NCBI GenBank assembly: GCA_044869275.1
Contig: JBIOXB010000034.1
Coordinates: forward strand, 32,001 to 96,000
Source: a bacterium
Lineage (GTDB): Bacteria > Zhuqueibacterota > Zhuqueibacteria > Zhuqueibacterales > Zhuqueibacteraceae
Length of the DNA: 64,000 nt
Direction of reading: 5' to 3'
This document shows positions 47,719-57,580 of this stretch, piece by piece; the first letter of the stretch is position 1; every line of letters begins with the position of its first letter. A model generated the notes under the pieces. That model saw nothing but the letters and a program-made list of their open reading frames with translations. It was not told where the DNA came from and did no database searches. The translations under genes and the position numbers were made by a program.

Positions 47719-48513
47719 TCAATTCGCCTTCACCGGCCGGCTCAATTTGATCGCGCGCCGCGCGATCTTGTGGTACAAGCCCGCAGGCACGATTTGCGCC
47801 ACGCGATACAGTATCTTCATCGGCAGCGGATAAATCACCACGCGCTGGCGCTTGGCCACGGCCTTAATCATCAACTGCGCCGCCTGCGGCGGCTGCATGA
47901 GCCAGATGCGATTGGGATTGCCCTGATTGATGGGCGTGTCCACGAAACCGGGATGAATGATGGTGAATTGAATCTCCGGCAGCTCCACGGCCATGCTTTC
48001 CAGAAAATAATGCAGCCCAATTTTAGTGAGACTGTAAACCCCGCGCGCACCCAGGCCGCGCATCGAAGAAGCCGAGCCGATGCCGATAATCGTTCCCGCC
48101 TTCTGAGGCACCATCACTTCCAAGCATGCCATGGTCGTGTAAATCGCGCCGTGGAGATTGGTGGCGATGAGATTCTCGTAATTTTCCCACTTCCATTTGC
48201 GAAAAGAAGTATCTCCCCCCACACCGCTGTTGATCCATGCGGCATCGAGGCGGCCGGCGGCCCGATGGAAATCCCGCACGGCGGCATAAACTTCCTCGCG
48301 ATTGCGCACGTCGCACGAGCGCATCCAAAACACACTGCCCTGGTTCGCAAGCCGGTCCGCCAGTTCTTTCATTTTCTCTTCGCGGCGGCTCAATAAACCG
48401 AATTTGACCGCAAACGGCGCCAGCGCTGCCGTGATCGCCGCACCCAGGCCCGAAGACGCGCCCGTGATGAGAACCGCTTTGCCATGCCAGTAAGATTTTA
48501 AGAGACTGCTCAC
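47719..48513 (-). CDS. SDR family oxidoreductase
   Basis: 'ITGASSGLG', 'INSGV', catalytic 'YSLTK', 'PGFVDTP'. Confidence 0.92.
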   Translation of the reverse strand: MSSLLKSYWHGKAVLITGASSGLGAAITAALAPFAVKFGLLSRREEKMKELADRLANQGSVFWMRSCDVRNREEVYAAVRDFHRAAGRLDAAWINSGVGGDTSFRKWKWENYENLIATNLHGAIYTTMACLEVMVPQKAGTIIGIGSASSMRGLGARGVYSLTKIGLHYFLESMAVELPEIQFTIIHPGFVDTPINQGNPNRIWLMQPPQAAQLMIKAVAKRQRVVIYPLPMKILYRVAQIVPAGLYHKIARRAIKLSRPVKAN

Positions 48514-48792
48514 TTTTCATCCTCACATATTTTGTAAGCGGATTGAACGGATCGAGCGGATGATTTTGCCGCATATACACACGGCCAATCCACTTGCTTC
48601 AAAAATAGTGAGAATATACAGATGAGTCAAGCCGGCGTGGCGTCCGCTTGACGCCACCGGTAAACTGGCGCTTGCGTCTATCCCATGGAATTCTATTCTT
48701 CATGCAACGATGCTCAGAGATTTTGAATCTTCTGGTGCGGAAAAATGTTTCCGAAAATTGCTCCGGAGTCACCTCAAACACTTTCGAACAAA

Positions 48793-50052
48793 ATGCTTCG
48801 CAATTTTGTGACTACTTTGCACTGCGTGGTGTGCGAACGTGACTATCCGGCAGATGACATTTATACCTGTCCGCCGTGTGGCGAGGCTGGTATCCTCGAG
48901 GTGCGATACGACTATACTGCCCTTGCGACACGAATCGCACAAGCAGATTTTTCCCAGCGATCACATGATCTTTGGCGCTATTGCGAGTTTCTGCCCATCA
49001 ACCCAGAAACCTCTCGCCCACATTTGCAAACCGGCTGGACCCCCATTTACAAAACGCCCAGCCTCGCGCCGGAAATCGGCATAGCTGAAATTTTTGTCAA
49101 AGACGAAGGCCGCAATCCCACCGGTTCTTTCAAGGATCGCGCGAGCGCCATCGGAGCCATCAAAGCCAAAGAATTTGGCTATCATGAAATCGCCTGCGCC
49201 TCTGCCGGCAATGCCGCTGCCTCGATGGCAGGCATGGCGGCGGCACTGGGTTTGCGCAGCTTCATTTTCGTGCCGGCGCGCACGCCCGAGCCCAAGCTCG
49301 CGCAACTGCTCGCTTTCGGCGCGACGGTGTTCAAAGTCAACGGCAGTTATGATGAAGCTTATGATCTTTGCATGCTAGCCTGCGCACAGTTCGGCTGGTA
49401 TAATCGCAATGCCGCCATCAACGCTTATCTCGTCGAAGGCAAGAAAACTGCCGGCCTCGAGATCGCGGAGCAAATGGCGGGCAACATGCCGGATTGGGTG
49501 AGTGTGGCCGTGGGTGATGGCTGCACCATAGCCGGAATCTGGAGAGGATTGCAGGAAATGCACCAACTTGGCTTCATCCAAAAGCTGCCGCATATGCTCG
49601 GCGTGCAAGCAGAAGGAGCGGCGCCGTTGGTGCCGGCCTTTCATACAAATCGCGATCCGCAAGCTGTCGTCGCGGAAACTTTGGCCGACAGCATTTGTGT
49701 GGGCCGGCCGCGCAATTGGCGCAAAGCGTTGGGTGCCATTCGCGCTTCGGGAGGGACGATCCTTGCCGTGAGTGATGATGAAATCCTGCTCGCCCAGCGC
49801 CTGCTCGGGCAAAAAGCGGCGGTGTTCAGCGAGCCTGCGGGCGCGGCTGCGCTGGCGGGATTGCAAAAAGCAGCGACGATGGGCGAGATTTCAAAGCATT
49901 CGCGCGCACTGGCCGTGATTACCGGAAACGGATTGAAAGATGTGCAATCCGTGATACGCACGAACATACACGCTCACACTATTACGCCGAATCTCAAGAG
50001 TCTAGAGCAAGCGTTGGGGCAGAATAAACACAAAACGCAAACCTCGTTTTAA
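48793..50052 (+). CDS. thrC: Threonine synthase (fold-type II PLP enzyme)
   Basis: 'GWTP', 'KDEGRNPTGSFKDR', 'ASAGNAA', 'EGKKT', 'FSEPAGAA', 'TGNGLKD'; N-terminal CxxC..CxxC. Confidence 0.85.
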   Translation: MLRNFVTTLHCVVCERDYPADDIYTCPPCGEAGILEVRYDYTALATRIAQADFSQRSHDLWRYCEFLPINPETSRPHLQTGWTPIYKTPSLAPEIGIAEIFVKDEGRNPTGSFKDRASAIGAIKAKEFGYHEIACASAGNAAASMAGMAAALGLRSFIFVPARTPEPKLAQLLAFGATVFKVNGSYDEAYDLCMLACAQFGWYNRNAAINAYLVEGKKTAGLEIAEQMAGNMPDWVSVAVGDGCTIAGIWRGLQEMHQLGFIQKLPHMLGVQAEGAAPLVPAFHTNRDPQAVVAETLADSICVGRPRNWRKALGAIRASGGTILAVSDDEILLAQRLLGQKAAVFSEPAGAAALAGLQKAATMGEISKHSRALAVITGNGLKDVQSVIRTNIHAHTITPNLKSLEQALGQNKHKTQTSF

Positions 50053-50372
50053 ACCATCGCCTTGCGCAGCGCCTTCTTCAGATTCTTGATCTGCATGCGC
50101 ACTGCTTTGAGCTGGTTGTGGTCGTGCGCTGCCAGGGCCTGGTCCCGTTCTTTTTTCAAGGCGCGGATTTTCATTTTGATACTGGTCTTGTCGAGGCCTT
50201 TCACCTCATGATGTTCGTGCATTTCAATGCCGAGCGCGGTGCAAAGGGCTTTCAAGAGATGCTCTTTGTTCAACTGCGTATAGCCTTGCACAGCCTCGTG
50301 CTGAATGCCTTTCGCAATCTCGCGCAGCTCGGCCAGGGTTTTGTGCTTGAGGTCTTTGAACGTGTACGTCAT
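50049..50372 (-). CDS. Small basic protein with a Rho termination factor N-terminal-like domain
   Basis: 'LKHKTLAELREIAK....GYTQLNKEHLLKAL' plus a basic coiled coil; GAGGA RBS. Confidence 0.7.
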   Translation of the reverse strand: MTYTFKDLKHKTLAELREIAKGIQHEAVQGYTQLNKEHLLKALCTALGIEMHEHHEVKGLDKTSIKMKIRALKKERDQALAAHDHNQLKAVRMQIKNLKKALRKAMV

Positions 50373-50654
50373 AGTTTATATCCTCTCGTTAAGAGATACT
50401 TTCCAAACAGCTCGAACTGCTTTGTGATCCCTGCTTCAGATCCTGGTCAGACTTGGCCTCGAAGGAAGAAAAGAGTGTGCTATAGTTAGTGTAAAGTCCT
50501 GCAAAAAGTCAAGAGCATTTCGCCATTCGCGTTTTTGGGCTTGATTTTAGAAGCAGAACTTGCAATTGTTACTGCCATACCAAATGGTCATACAGAAATC
50601 ATATAATGCGTGAAGAACTTCGGGAATATTGCTAACTGCTCAAGGAGTATGCTT

Positions 50655-52457
50655 ATGCCGCACGGGTTGAAACTCGAGCTCGTTGGCGCCGCCATGCTGA
50701 TGCTTATTCCTTTTTTCGTTTTGCTCGCGGGCACGCTGCCGCAAGTGATTTCCATTCAACCTGCCGCGCATAGCACCACACCGGTCTTGTCGCCGGAAAT
50801 CGTCATCCGCTTCGATGCACCTATCGATCCCACTAGCATCGTGGCGCGCTCATTCTCGGTGTTCGGCCGCTGGACCGGCGTATGCCCGGGGCAGTACGCT
50901 TTCGAAGACGGGAATCAGCAAATTCGTTTCACGCCGGCCCGCGCTTTTTCAGCAGGCGAATGGATTACGGTGTCGCTTTCCAAAAACGTCAAAAGCGCGA
51001 GTGGCGAAAGCATGGCCAAGGGCTATGCTTGGAATTTCATGACGGCGGCGCAGCCCGGCTCATTCGAGATGGCGGAAAGCAAGCGCCTTCCGGTGCGGCG
51101 CGCCGGCGAAGGCCCGATACGAACCTACGGCGCTTATGCCGGGGATCTCAATGCCGACGGCTTTCATGATTTTACCATGCCCAACGAGGAGGCCAACGAT
51201 ATTCGCGTGTTCTTGAATGACGGTGCCGGCAGCTATTCGACCGATTTCAACATTTTCGCTTTGCCCGTCAATTCCACACCCAGCACCAACGAGGGCGCGG
51301 ATTTCAACGGCGACGGGTTGCTTGATTTCGCGGTGGGTAATATTCGAGGCGGAAACGCCGGCGTCTTTCTCGGCGATGGCCAGGGCGGGTTTGCGGCGGC
51401 GCAGGTCTATGCCACCGGCGCCGGGACGCGCGGGCTGGGTGTCTTGGATTTGAACGGCGATGGCACGCCGGACCTGGTTACTGCCAACCGCAGCGCGAGC
51501 AACGTCACCAGCTTGCTCAATCGAGGGGACGGCAGCTTCGCGCCGCGGGTAATATTGGATTCCGGCGTGCAGGGCGAAACTTCATGCGTGATCGCGGATG
51601 CTAATGAAGACGGCGTGATGGACGTGTTCGTGGGCGGTTATGACAGTGATGAGATCGCAGTGTTGCTGGGCGATGGCAATGGCAATTTGAGTTTTTCAAC
51701 AAAAGTTAGTTGCCAGGGCGACGCCTGGATGATTGCTGCCGGCGACGTTGATGGAGATCACCATGTCGACGTCGTTTCTGCCAATGCCGGCCAGCGCACT
51801 TTTTCCGTGCTGCGCGGCAATGGCGCCGGTCAGCTCGGTGTGGCGCAAGTTTTCAATACCGGCATTTTCTCCCTGGCGATCGATCTCGGTGATCTCGACG
51901 GCGACGGCGATCTGGATTTGGCCACCAGTAATTATTCTTCGCGCGATTTCATTCTTTACGAAAATGACGGCGCCGGGCAATTTACCGAACGCAAAAAACT
52001 CTTCGCCACCGTTGCCGCTTCGTGCGCGGTATTGCACGACCGTGACCGCGACGGTGATCTCGACATGACCGGGATCGATGAGGAAGCCGACTTGCTCTTC
52101 CTGTTCGAGAATCCGGGAACGGGCAATCGCGTAGACCAGCCCCTGGCCTTGATGCCGCCCGGCGATTTTGAGCTGTTGCAGAGCTATCCGAATCCGTTCG
52201 TCGCCGGCTTGCCGCAAGACCAGCAGCATGCCGGCCGCATCGTCATTCCCTTTGTGCTGCGGCAAGCGGCGGAAGTTCGATTGGAAATCGTCAACCTGCG
52301 CGGCGAAGTCATGACGGTTTTGTTGCACGGCCCTCGGCCCGCCGGCATGCATCGCACCGAGTTTTCCTTCAGAAATCTGACGGCCGGAGTTTATTTTTAT
52401 CGCCTGCGGGCGGGCGGGCTGTCTACCACGCGCAAGCTCCTGGTGTTGCACAGATGA
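50655..52457 (+). CDS. Secreted Ig-like + FG-GAP/VCBS repeat protein with T9SS-type C-terminal domain
   Basis: AGGAG RBS; Big_5-like N-terminus; repeated 'D[LFV]NGDG..D'; 'LLQSYPNPF...TRKLLVLH'. Confidence 0.85.
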   Translation: MPHGLKLELVGAAMLMLIPFFVLLAGTLPQVISIQPAAHSTTPVLSPEIVIRFDAPIDPTSIVARSFSVFGRWTGVCPGQYAFEDGNQQIRFTPARAFSAGEWITVSLSKNVKSASGESMAKGYAWNFMTAAQPGSFEMAESKRLPVRRAGEGPIRTYGAYAGDLNADGFHDFTMPNEEANDIRVFLNDGAGSYSTDFNIFALPVNSTPSTNEGADFNGDGLLDFAVGNIRGGNAGVFLGDGQGGFAAAQVYATGAGTRGLGVLDLNGDGTPDLVTANRSASNVTSLLNRGDGSFAPRVILDSGVQGETSCVIADANEDGVMDVFVGGYDSDEIAVLLGDGNGNLSFSTKVSCQGDAWMIAAGDVDGDHHVDVVSANAGQRTFSVLRGNGAGQLGVAQVFNTGIFSLAIDLGDLDGDGDLDLATSNYSSRDFILYENDGAGQFTERKKLFATVAASCAVLHDRDRDGDLDMTGIDEEADLLFLFENPGTGNRVDQPLALMPPGDFELLQSYPNPFVAGLPQDQQHAGRIVIPFVLRQAAEVRLEIVNLRGEVMTVLLHGPRPAGMHRTEFSFRNLTAGVYFYRLRAGGLSTTRKLLVLHR

Positions 52458-52634
52458 TGCCTGCTGCCTGGTTTGAGCTTGAACAACTTGAAGCAAGAGG
52501 GCTGAAATTGAAGCTTCTTCAGCAACACTAAAATTCCACTTGACGAAAACCAAATTCATTGCTTTATTAAATGCGAGACGCGGCTCTCGCCAGATCCACT
52601 TGGATGTTTTTCATTTCACCTCAAGGAGGCTGTT

Positions 52635-53174
52635 ATGCGAAAGAATGTCTTGCTCAGCGTGGCCTGTATCTTGTTGCTCGCCATGTCTGCGCTCGCACAG
52701 GACAAAGAGGTGGCGAAAGATGCCATGCCTGCGCCACCGGCACCGCTCGCCGACGACCTGTTCCAATGGATGGTCGGCGAATGGGAAGGTTCTTCCACTA
52801 CCGCCATGGGAAAATCCCAAGATTGGCAAAAAGTCGAGATGAGCCTGGACAATCAATGGGTCACCACGCATTACACTGCCAACATGGGCGCCATGAAATA
52901 CAAAGGCATGGGCCCAATGACCATTAATCCGGCGACCAATGAAGTCACCGGCTACTGGTTCGACAATTTTCGCGGTGTCTACAAAGGCATGGGCAAGCGC
53001 GACGGCAACAAAATCACCATGACGTGGGAAGGTCCGATGGGCACCAGAACCGACACCACGGAAAAAGTGAGCCAGGACAAAATGGTCGTGACTTACACCA
53101 ACAAAGAACCCGACGGCAAAGTGTCGGAAGGCCGCACGGAATTGACGCGCAAAAAAATGGCGGGCAAAACTTGA
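52635..53174 (+). CDS. Secreted DUF1579-like beta-barrel protein (copy 1)
   Basis: AGGAGG RBS; signal peptide; 'WMVGEWEG', 'YWFDNFRGVYKG'. Confidence 0.7.
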   Translation: MRKNVLLSVACILLLAMSALAQDKEVAKDAMPAPPAPLADDLFQWMVGEWEGSSTTAMGKSQDWQKVEMSLDNQWVTTHYTANMGAMKYKGMGPMTINPATNEVTGYWFDNFRGVYKGMGKRDGNKITMTWEGPMGTRTDTTEKVSQDKMVVTYTNKEPDGKVSEGRTELTRKKMAGKT

Positions 53175-53259
53175 TCGCACCGGTACGAACTCCGCCGCGG
53201 GCCAGCTTGGGACCGGCCCTTTAATTCCTCATGGCGAATGAGCCGTCTTCAGTAAAAAG

Positions 53260-53300
53260 AGAATCCCGCTGCTCCTGCATGAGCGGGATTCTAATTCTTT
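53260..53300 (+). terminator. Probable intrinsic terminator
   Basis: 11-bp stem agaatcccgct / agcgggattct, A-rich on the left and T-rich on the right. Confidence 0.5.
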
Positions 53301-53336
53301 CCGTATGAAGCCCGGGACACATTGCAAGGACAAAAC

Positions 53337-53858
53337 ATGAAAACACGCATGCTGCTTCTGTTCATTGTGGCGGTATTTTTTTCATTGCCTGCGATAGCGC
53401 AATCGCAAAACGCGCCGCCGGCGCCCCAGGCGCTCGAGGACGCCTTGTGGCAATCCCTGGTCGGTGAATGGCAAGGCTGGTCTGAAAACGCCGCGGGGCG
53501 CTCGGAGGTCGAGATGGAAATCGAGTGGGAATTGCACAAGCAATTTCTCCGCACCAAAGTCACGGTCAAAAACCAAAGCCAGGAATACAAAGTTGTCGGC
53601 TACGCCACGAAAGATCCGGCCACGGGCGCGATGACGAGCCATTGGTTCGATAGCTTTCGCGGCGTTTATCGCGGCACGGAAACACGCAGCGGCAACAAAT
53701 TCACACTTAAAATGGAAGGCCCGGCGACGGTCGAGCGCACGTTTGAGTTGAGCGACAACAAATTGGCTGGAACTTACAAAGTCGTCCAGCCGGATGGTCA
53801 AATTGTCGAAGGCAAATCGGAGTTCATACGTAAGGTTAAAGCGCCGAAGAAATCCTAA
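53337..53858 (+). CDS. Secreted DUF1579-like beta-barrel protein (copy 2)
   Basis: Paralog of the upstream gene: 'PPAPQALEDALWQSLVGEWQG', 'HWFDSFRGVYRG', 'PDGQIVEGKSE'. Confidence 0.7.
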   Translation: MKTRMLLLFIVAVFFSLPAIAQSQNAPPAPQALEDALWQSLVGEWQGWSENAAGRSEVEMEIEWELHKQFLRTKVTVKNQSQEYKVVGYATKDPATGAMTSHWFDSFRGVYRGTETRSGNKFTLKMEGPATVERTFELSDNKLAGTYKVVQPDGQIVEGKSEFIRKVKAPKKS

Positions 53859-53863
53859 GCGCG

Positions 53864-54151
53864 GTGTGGGGGGAAGGCGTATTTTCGGAAGAAGTATTGA
53901 CGGTCGCGGTCAGCAACCTGCGCCATGCCTTGCGGGACGACGCGCGGGCCCCGAAGTTCCTTAAGACCATCCCGCGCTTTGGTTATTGCATGCTGGCTGC
54001 AGAGGCCCCGGCTTCGGCCAGGGAACAGCGCAAGAGTTTTCTGGAAATTCTCGACGATCGCGTTGGCCTGCGTTTTCTCCTCGTTGCTTTTATTGTTATT
54101 CTATTTTTGATCGTTCTGCTCACCCGCCGGCACTTTGGCCCCTTGCATTGA
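53864..54151 (+). pseudogene. N-terminally truncated winged-helix (Trans_reg_C, CadC/ToxR-like) regulator with TM helix
   Basis: 'VW....SEEVLTVAVSNLRHALRDDARAPKFLKTIPRFGY' then a TM segment; the first half of the wHTH is absent. Confidence 0.65.
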
Positions 54152-54206
54152 TCTTTCCTTGAGGGCGCCGCTCACACTTCCGGCAAGCCGTCGATTGCAA
54201 CGGCCT

Positions 54207-54329
54207 TGGCGCATTTCCTGTTATGAAAAAGTGCTGGAGCTGCTGCCGCAAAATGTGCATGACAGCACGGAATTCAACAGAGGGCTGGCGGAGAATGCGC
54301 GCGAGAAACTCAAACTGCTGGAGCCTTAG
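54207..54329 (+). pseudogene. Orphan C-terminal TPR-like fragment
   Basis: 'ISCYEKVLELLP.......LAENAREKLKLLE*' with no credible start codon. Confidence 0.4.
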
Positions 54330-54477
54330 CGGGCATTTCGGGTGAAGAACATTGCTCGCGTTAGGCAGAACCGCCGAGCCGCAAGCACACGGCCTCGATG
54401 GAGAAGTTGCAGCGGCGAGGTTCGCGCGCCAAGATTTTTCACCTTGCCTGGCCACGTCGAGATCAGTATATTGCTGT

Positions 54478-55530
54478 ATGCAGGTTAGCGACTTTTCCCA
54501 ATCGGTGCAAAGCCTTTTTGAGTCGGCGCAGCGCGGCGAGCGGCATTCGCTCGATCAATTCTTGACGCATCTACGCCCCCAAATTTTGATGACGTGCTAT
54601 CGCATGCTCGGCAACGTCGAGGACGCAGAAGATGCGGCGCAAGAAGCCTTGATTTCGATCTTGGCCGGCATCAATCCCGCGGCGCCCTCGGGGAATTGGC
54701 GGCCGCTCGTATTCGGCAGCGCCGTCGAAGCCAGCTTGCTCGCCATTTCCGAGCGCGCCGAGAGCCAAAACCCTGCGGAGAGCCCTCCCGAATCCGTGGA
54801 GGCATCGCGTACGCACGCTCGGCAGACGGAGCCCTTGCTCACGGGAGAAATGCCGCTGCAAGAAATAGATGATCTGGAATATTTTTCCGAGCGCGCGATT
54901 TCGACGCGTGAGAGTTTGGCGCTGATCTTCATCCAACTGCTCCAGCTTCTGAAACCCGAAGCGCGCGCCGCTTATCTGCTCGCCGATATTTTGAATTGCG
55001 ACCCCGAGACAGTCATACGGGCCACACACTTGCGACCGCCGCAAGTCCAGGAGCATTTGGCGTTCGTGCGTCGCGTTATGCAGGCGGCGCGCGCCAAGCT
55101 TCCTGCTCAAGTGCTCCCGCCGGCTCATCCGATGGCAAAGAAAATTCTGCAGCGGCTGGGAAAAAGCCTGATCGCACAGAATGCCATGCGCGCCGCCGGT
55201 TTGTTCGATTTGGACGCGGTGCTGGCGATTCCGGGCTTGGGCTCATTCACCGGCCCTGAGGCGATTGCCACACAATTCGCGCGCATGTTCACGGTGGGGC
55301 TCACGCCGCAGGCCATATCCCTCATCGAAATCAACGGCCAGCCCGGGCTGGTTTGTTTTCAGAAGAAGGAAGAACGGCATAAGTTGCGCTACTTTGCCAA
55401 TCTCGTCATGGCCGTGACCATTTCCGCGCACGCGCCGGAGGCCAACAAGATTGTGCGCGTGGATGTGGTGACCGACAGCAAGATGGTGAAGAAGACCGGC
55501 GCGGCGGCGCGGCGGGTGAAGAAAGGTTAG
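54478..55530 (+). CDS. Divergent ECF sigma factor with C-terminal SnoaL-like extension (SigG/SigJ-like)
   Basis: 'CYRMLGNVEDAEDAAQEAL', 'RESLALIFIQLLQLLKPEARAAYLLADIL', SnoaL-like 'DAVL..P...F.GPEAI', 'INGQPG'. Confidence 0.7.
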   Translation: MQVSDFSQSVQSLFESAQRGERHSLDQFLTHLRPQILMTCYRMLGNVEDAEDAAQEALISILAGINPAAPSGNWRPLVFGSAVEASLLAISERAESQNPAESPPESVEASRTHARQTEPLLTGEMPLQEIDDLEYFSERAISTRESLALIFIQLLQLLKPEARAAYLLADILNCDPETVIRATHLRPPQVQEHLAFVRRVMQAARAKLPAQVLPPAHPMAKKILQRLGKSLIAQNAMRAAGLFDLDAVLAIPGLGSFTGPEAIATQFARMFTVGLTPQAISLIEINGQPGLVCFQKKEERHKLRYFANLVMAVTISAHAPEANKIVRVDVVTDSKMVKKTGAAARRVKKG

Positions 55531-55559
55531 CGCAACACAGTACGGAGTAGAATTCGAAC

Positions 55560-56053
55560 ATGGCCGCCATGATGCAAGCATTCTACTGGGACTGTCCCCG
55601 CGAAGAGCATTGCGAAGGCCAGTGGTGGAACCACGTGCGCACCAAAATCGCCGGCTTGACGCACGAAGGTTTTCCCTGCGTCTTTTGGCAAAATTTTTAC
55701 AATCGGGGCTTGGCAATGGAGAACACGCCGCACGGCATTGCCGCGCTGGTGCAGGCGCACCACCAATACGCCGGCGGCGGAACGCAAGTACTGTCGGTGG
55801 ATGATGATTTGTACGTCATGCAGCGCGGCGGCCACGCGGAACAGCCGGGTTTGATTTATGTTTGAACAACCGCGGCGACGCTTGGAACGGCAATTGGGTG
55901 GCGACGCAATGGCAGAATACCGCATTCCGGCCGGTGGCATGGTGGAGCAAAGCCGGACTGCCTCCGCCCGAGGTGCAGCGCTCTTCTGCCAACGGCCGCG
56001 CGCAGTTTTGGGCACCGCCGCGAGGATACGCCGTGTACGTGCCGCAGATCTAA
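55560..56053 (+). pseudogene. Alpha-amylase (GH13) remnant with internal deletion and frameshift
   Basis: N-terminal 'MMQAFYWDCP...WW' joined directly to 'LTHEGFPCVFW..'; frameshift near 55862 into 'NN....FWAPPRGYAVYVP'; catalytic barrel missing. Confidence 0.75.
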
Positions 56054-56094
56054 AGCTTGCGACGAGAAAAATCGTCCACGAAGAATGAATAAAC

Positions 56095-57516
56095 TTATTG
56101 TTGCCGATTTTTTCCCGCCGCCGATCTCGTCCAATAAAAATAAAACGGCAGCCCCAACAGCAGCAGCCCGATCCCAATCAGCGCATTCCTCGTGTCTTCC
56201 ACCAGCGTGTTATAAACGAACCAGCCGGCAATTCCCACGAACAATAAAGTAGCATACGGATAACCCCAAGCCTTGTAAGGCCGTTCGGCGTTGGGCATTT
56301 TGCGGCGCAAGACGATCACGCTGATCGCCGTCATGGCGTAAAATCCCCAGGAGCCGAACACGACGTAGGAAGTAATTTGATCGTACGTGCCGCTGAGCGT
56401 CAAAATCGCGCCCCAAAGGCCGAGCGAGAGGATGGCGACGTACGGCGTATGGAACCGCGGATGGACTTTGCTGAATTTTTTGGCGAAGGTGCCGTCGGCG
56501 CCGCCGGCATAAAGTGAGCGCGGACCGGCGAGCAGCATGCCGTTGGTCGAACCAAAGGTCGAACACATGATCCCGAAAACGATCAACGAAGCGCCGATCG
56601 GCCCGAGCACGGCCTGCGCCACGTCTGCCGCAATGCGTTTGGAGCCCGCCATCTCATGCAGCGGAATCACGGCGGCATACGCCAGATTCGCGGCGAGATA
56701 GATGGCAATGATCGCCACGGTGCCGAGCAGTAACGACAAGGGCACGTTGCGCTGGGGATTCTTGAATTCACCGGCAATCGTAGTGACGTCGATCCAGCCA
56801 TCGTAAGCCCACAATGCGGAGATCATGGCCAGGCCGAACGCCGCCGTCATGCCACTGGTCCAATCCTCCGGCCACCACGGCAAAAAGTTGGTGCTGTTGG
56901 TCTTGCCGGAAAAGAGAACAACCAAAATCAGGCCCACCAACGCCACGACTTTGGCGGTGGTGAAAACGTTCATGACCATGCCTCCGAATTTGACGCCGCG
57001 CATGTTGATGTACGTGACCAGGGCGATCACCAGCATCGCCACGATCTGGTTCCATCCAAAGGCGAATTCCAGGTGCTCGCCCAAAAGCGACCATTCCTGG
57101 CGATAGAATACATTCTCCGGGCTGACCGCGGGAATGAAATGGCCCAAATACGTGGCAAAGCCGACGGAGATCGCGGCCGCCGAACCGGCCTTATTGATGA
57201 AGAAATCATTCCAGCTAAATAAAAAGGCCCAAATACGCCCGAAGCTATGGCGCAAGTAAACATACGGCCCGCCGGTTTGCGGCAGCACGGCGCTCAGTTC
57301 CGCGAGCGTGAGCGCACCGAAGAAAGTGAGCAGGCCGGCGACGACCCACACCAGCAAGATCGGGCCCATGGCGCCCAGGCGCCCGGCAATGGTCGCGGGC
57401 ACCAAAAAAATTCCGGAACCGATGATGACACCCATGTGAATGGCGATGCCTTCGCGCAGGCCCAGCGCGCGCAGCAATTCGGGTTGGTGGGTGGACGGCG
57501 TGTGCGAGGTTGTCAT
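56095..57516 (-). CDS. APC-family amino acid permease (LAT/SteT-like)
   Basis: 'IIGSGIF', 'AEL...PQTGGPYVYL', 'WAYDGW', 'EFKNPQRNVP', 'RPYKAWGYP'. Confidence 0.92.
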   Translation of the reverse strand: MTTSHTPSTHQPELLRALGLREGIAIHMGVIIGSGIFLVPATIAGRLGAMGPILLVWVVAGLLTFFGALTLAELSAVLPQTGGPYVYLRHSFGRIWAFLFSWNDFFINKAGSAAAISVGFATYLGHFIPAVSPENVFYRQEWSLLGEHLEFAFGWNQIVAMLVIALVTYINMRGVKFGGMVMNVFTTAKVVALVGLILVVLFSGKTNSTNFLPWWPEDWTSGMTAAFGLAMISALWAYDGWIDVTTIAGEFKNPQRNVPLSLLLGTVAIIAIYLAANLAYAAVIPLHEMAGSKRIAADVAQAVLGPIGASLIVFGIMCSTFGSTNGMLLAGPRSLYAGGADGTFAKKFSKVHPRFHTPYVAILSLGLWGAILTLSGTYDQITSYVVFGSWGFYAMTAISVIVLRRKMPNAERPYKAWGYPYATLLFVGIAGWFVYNTLVEDTRNALIGIGLLLLGLPFYFYWTRSAAGKNRQQ

Positions 57517-57580
57517 GAGATTGGGGAGGTGATTAAAAGTGGTAAGTGACAATGGCTCAGGGATTTCTTCGCGTGTCGAT

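Noticed and set aside
50562..50577. Possible sigma-54 motif on the minus strand
   Set aside because: GG-to-GC spacing is one base too long.
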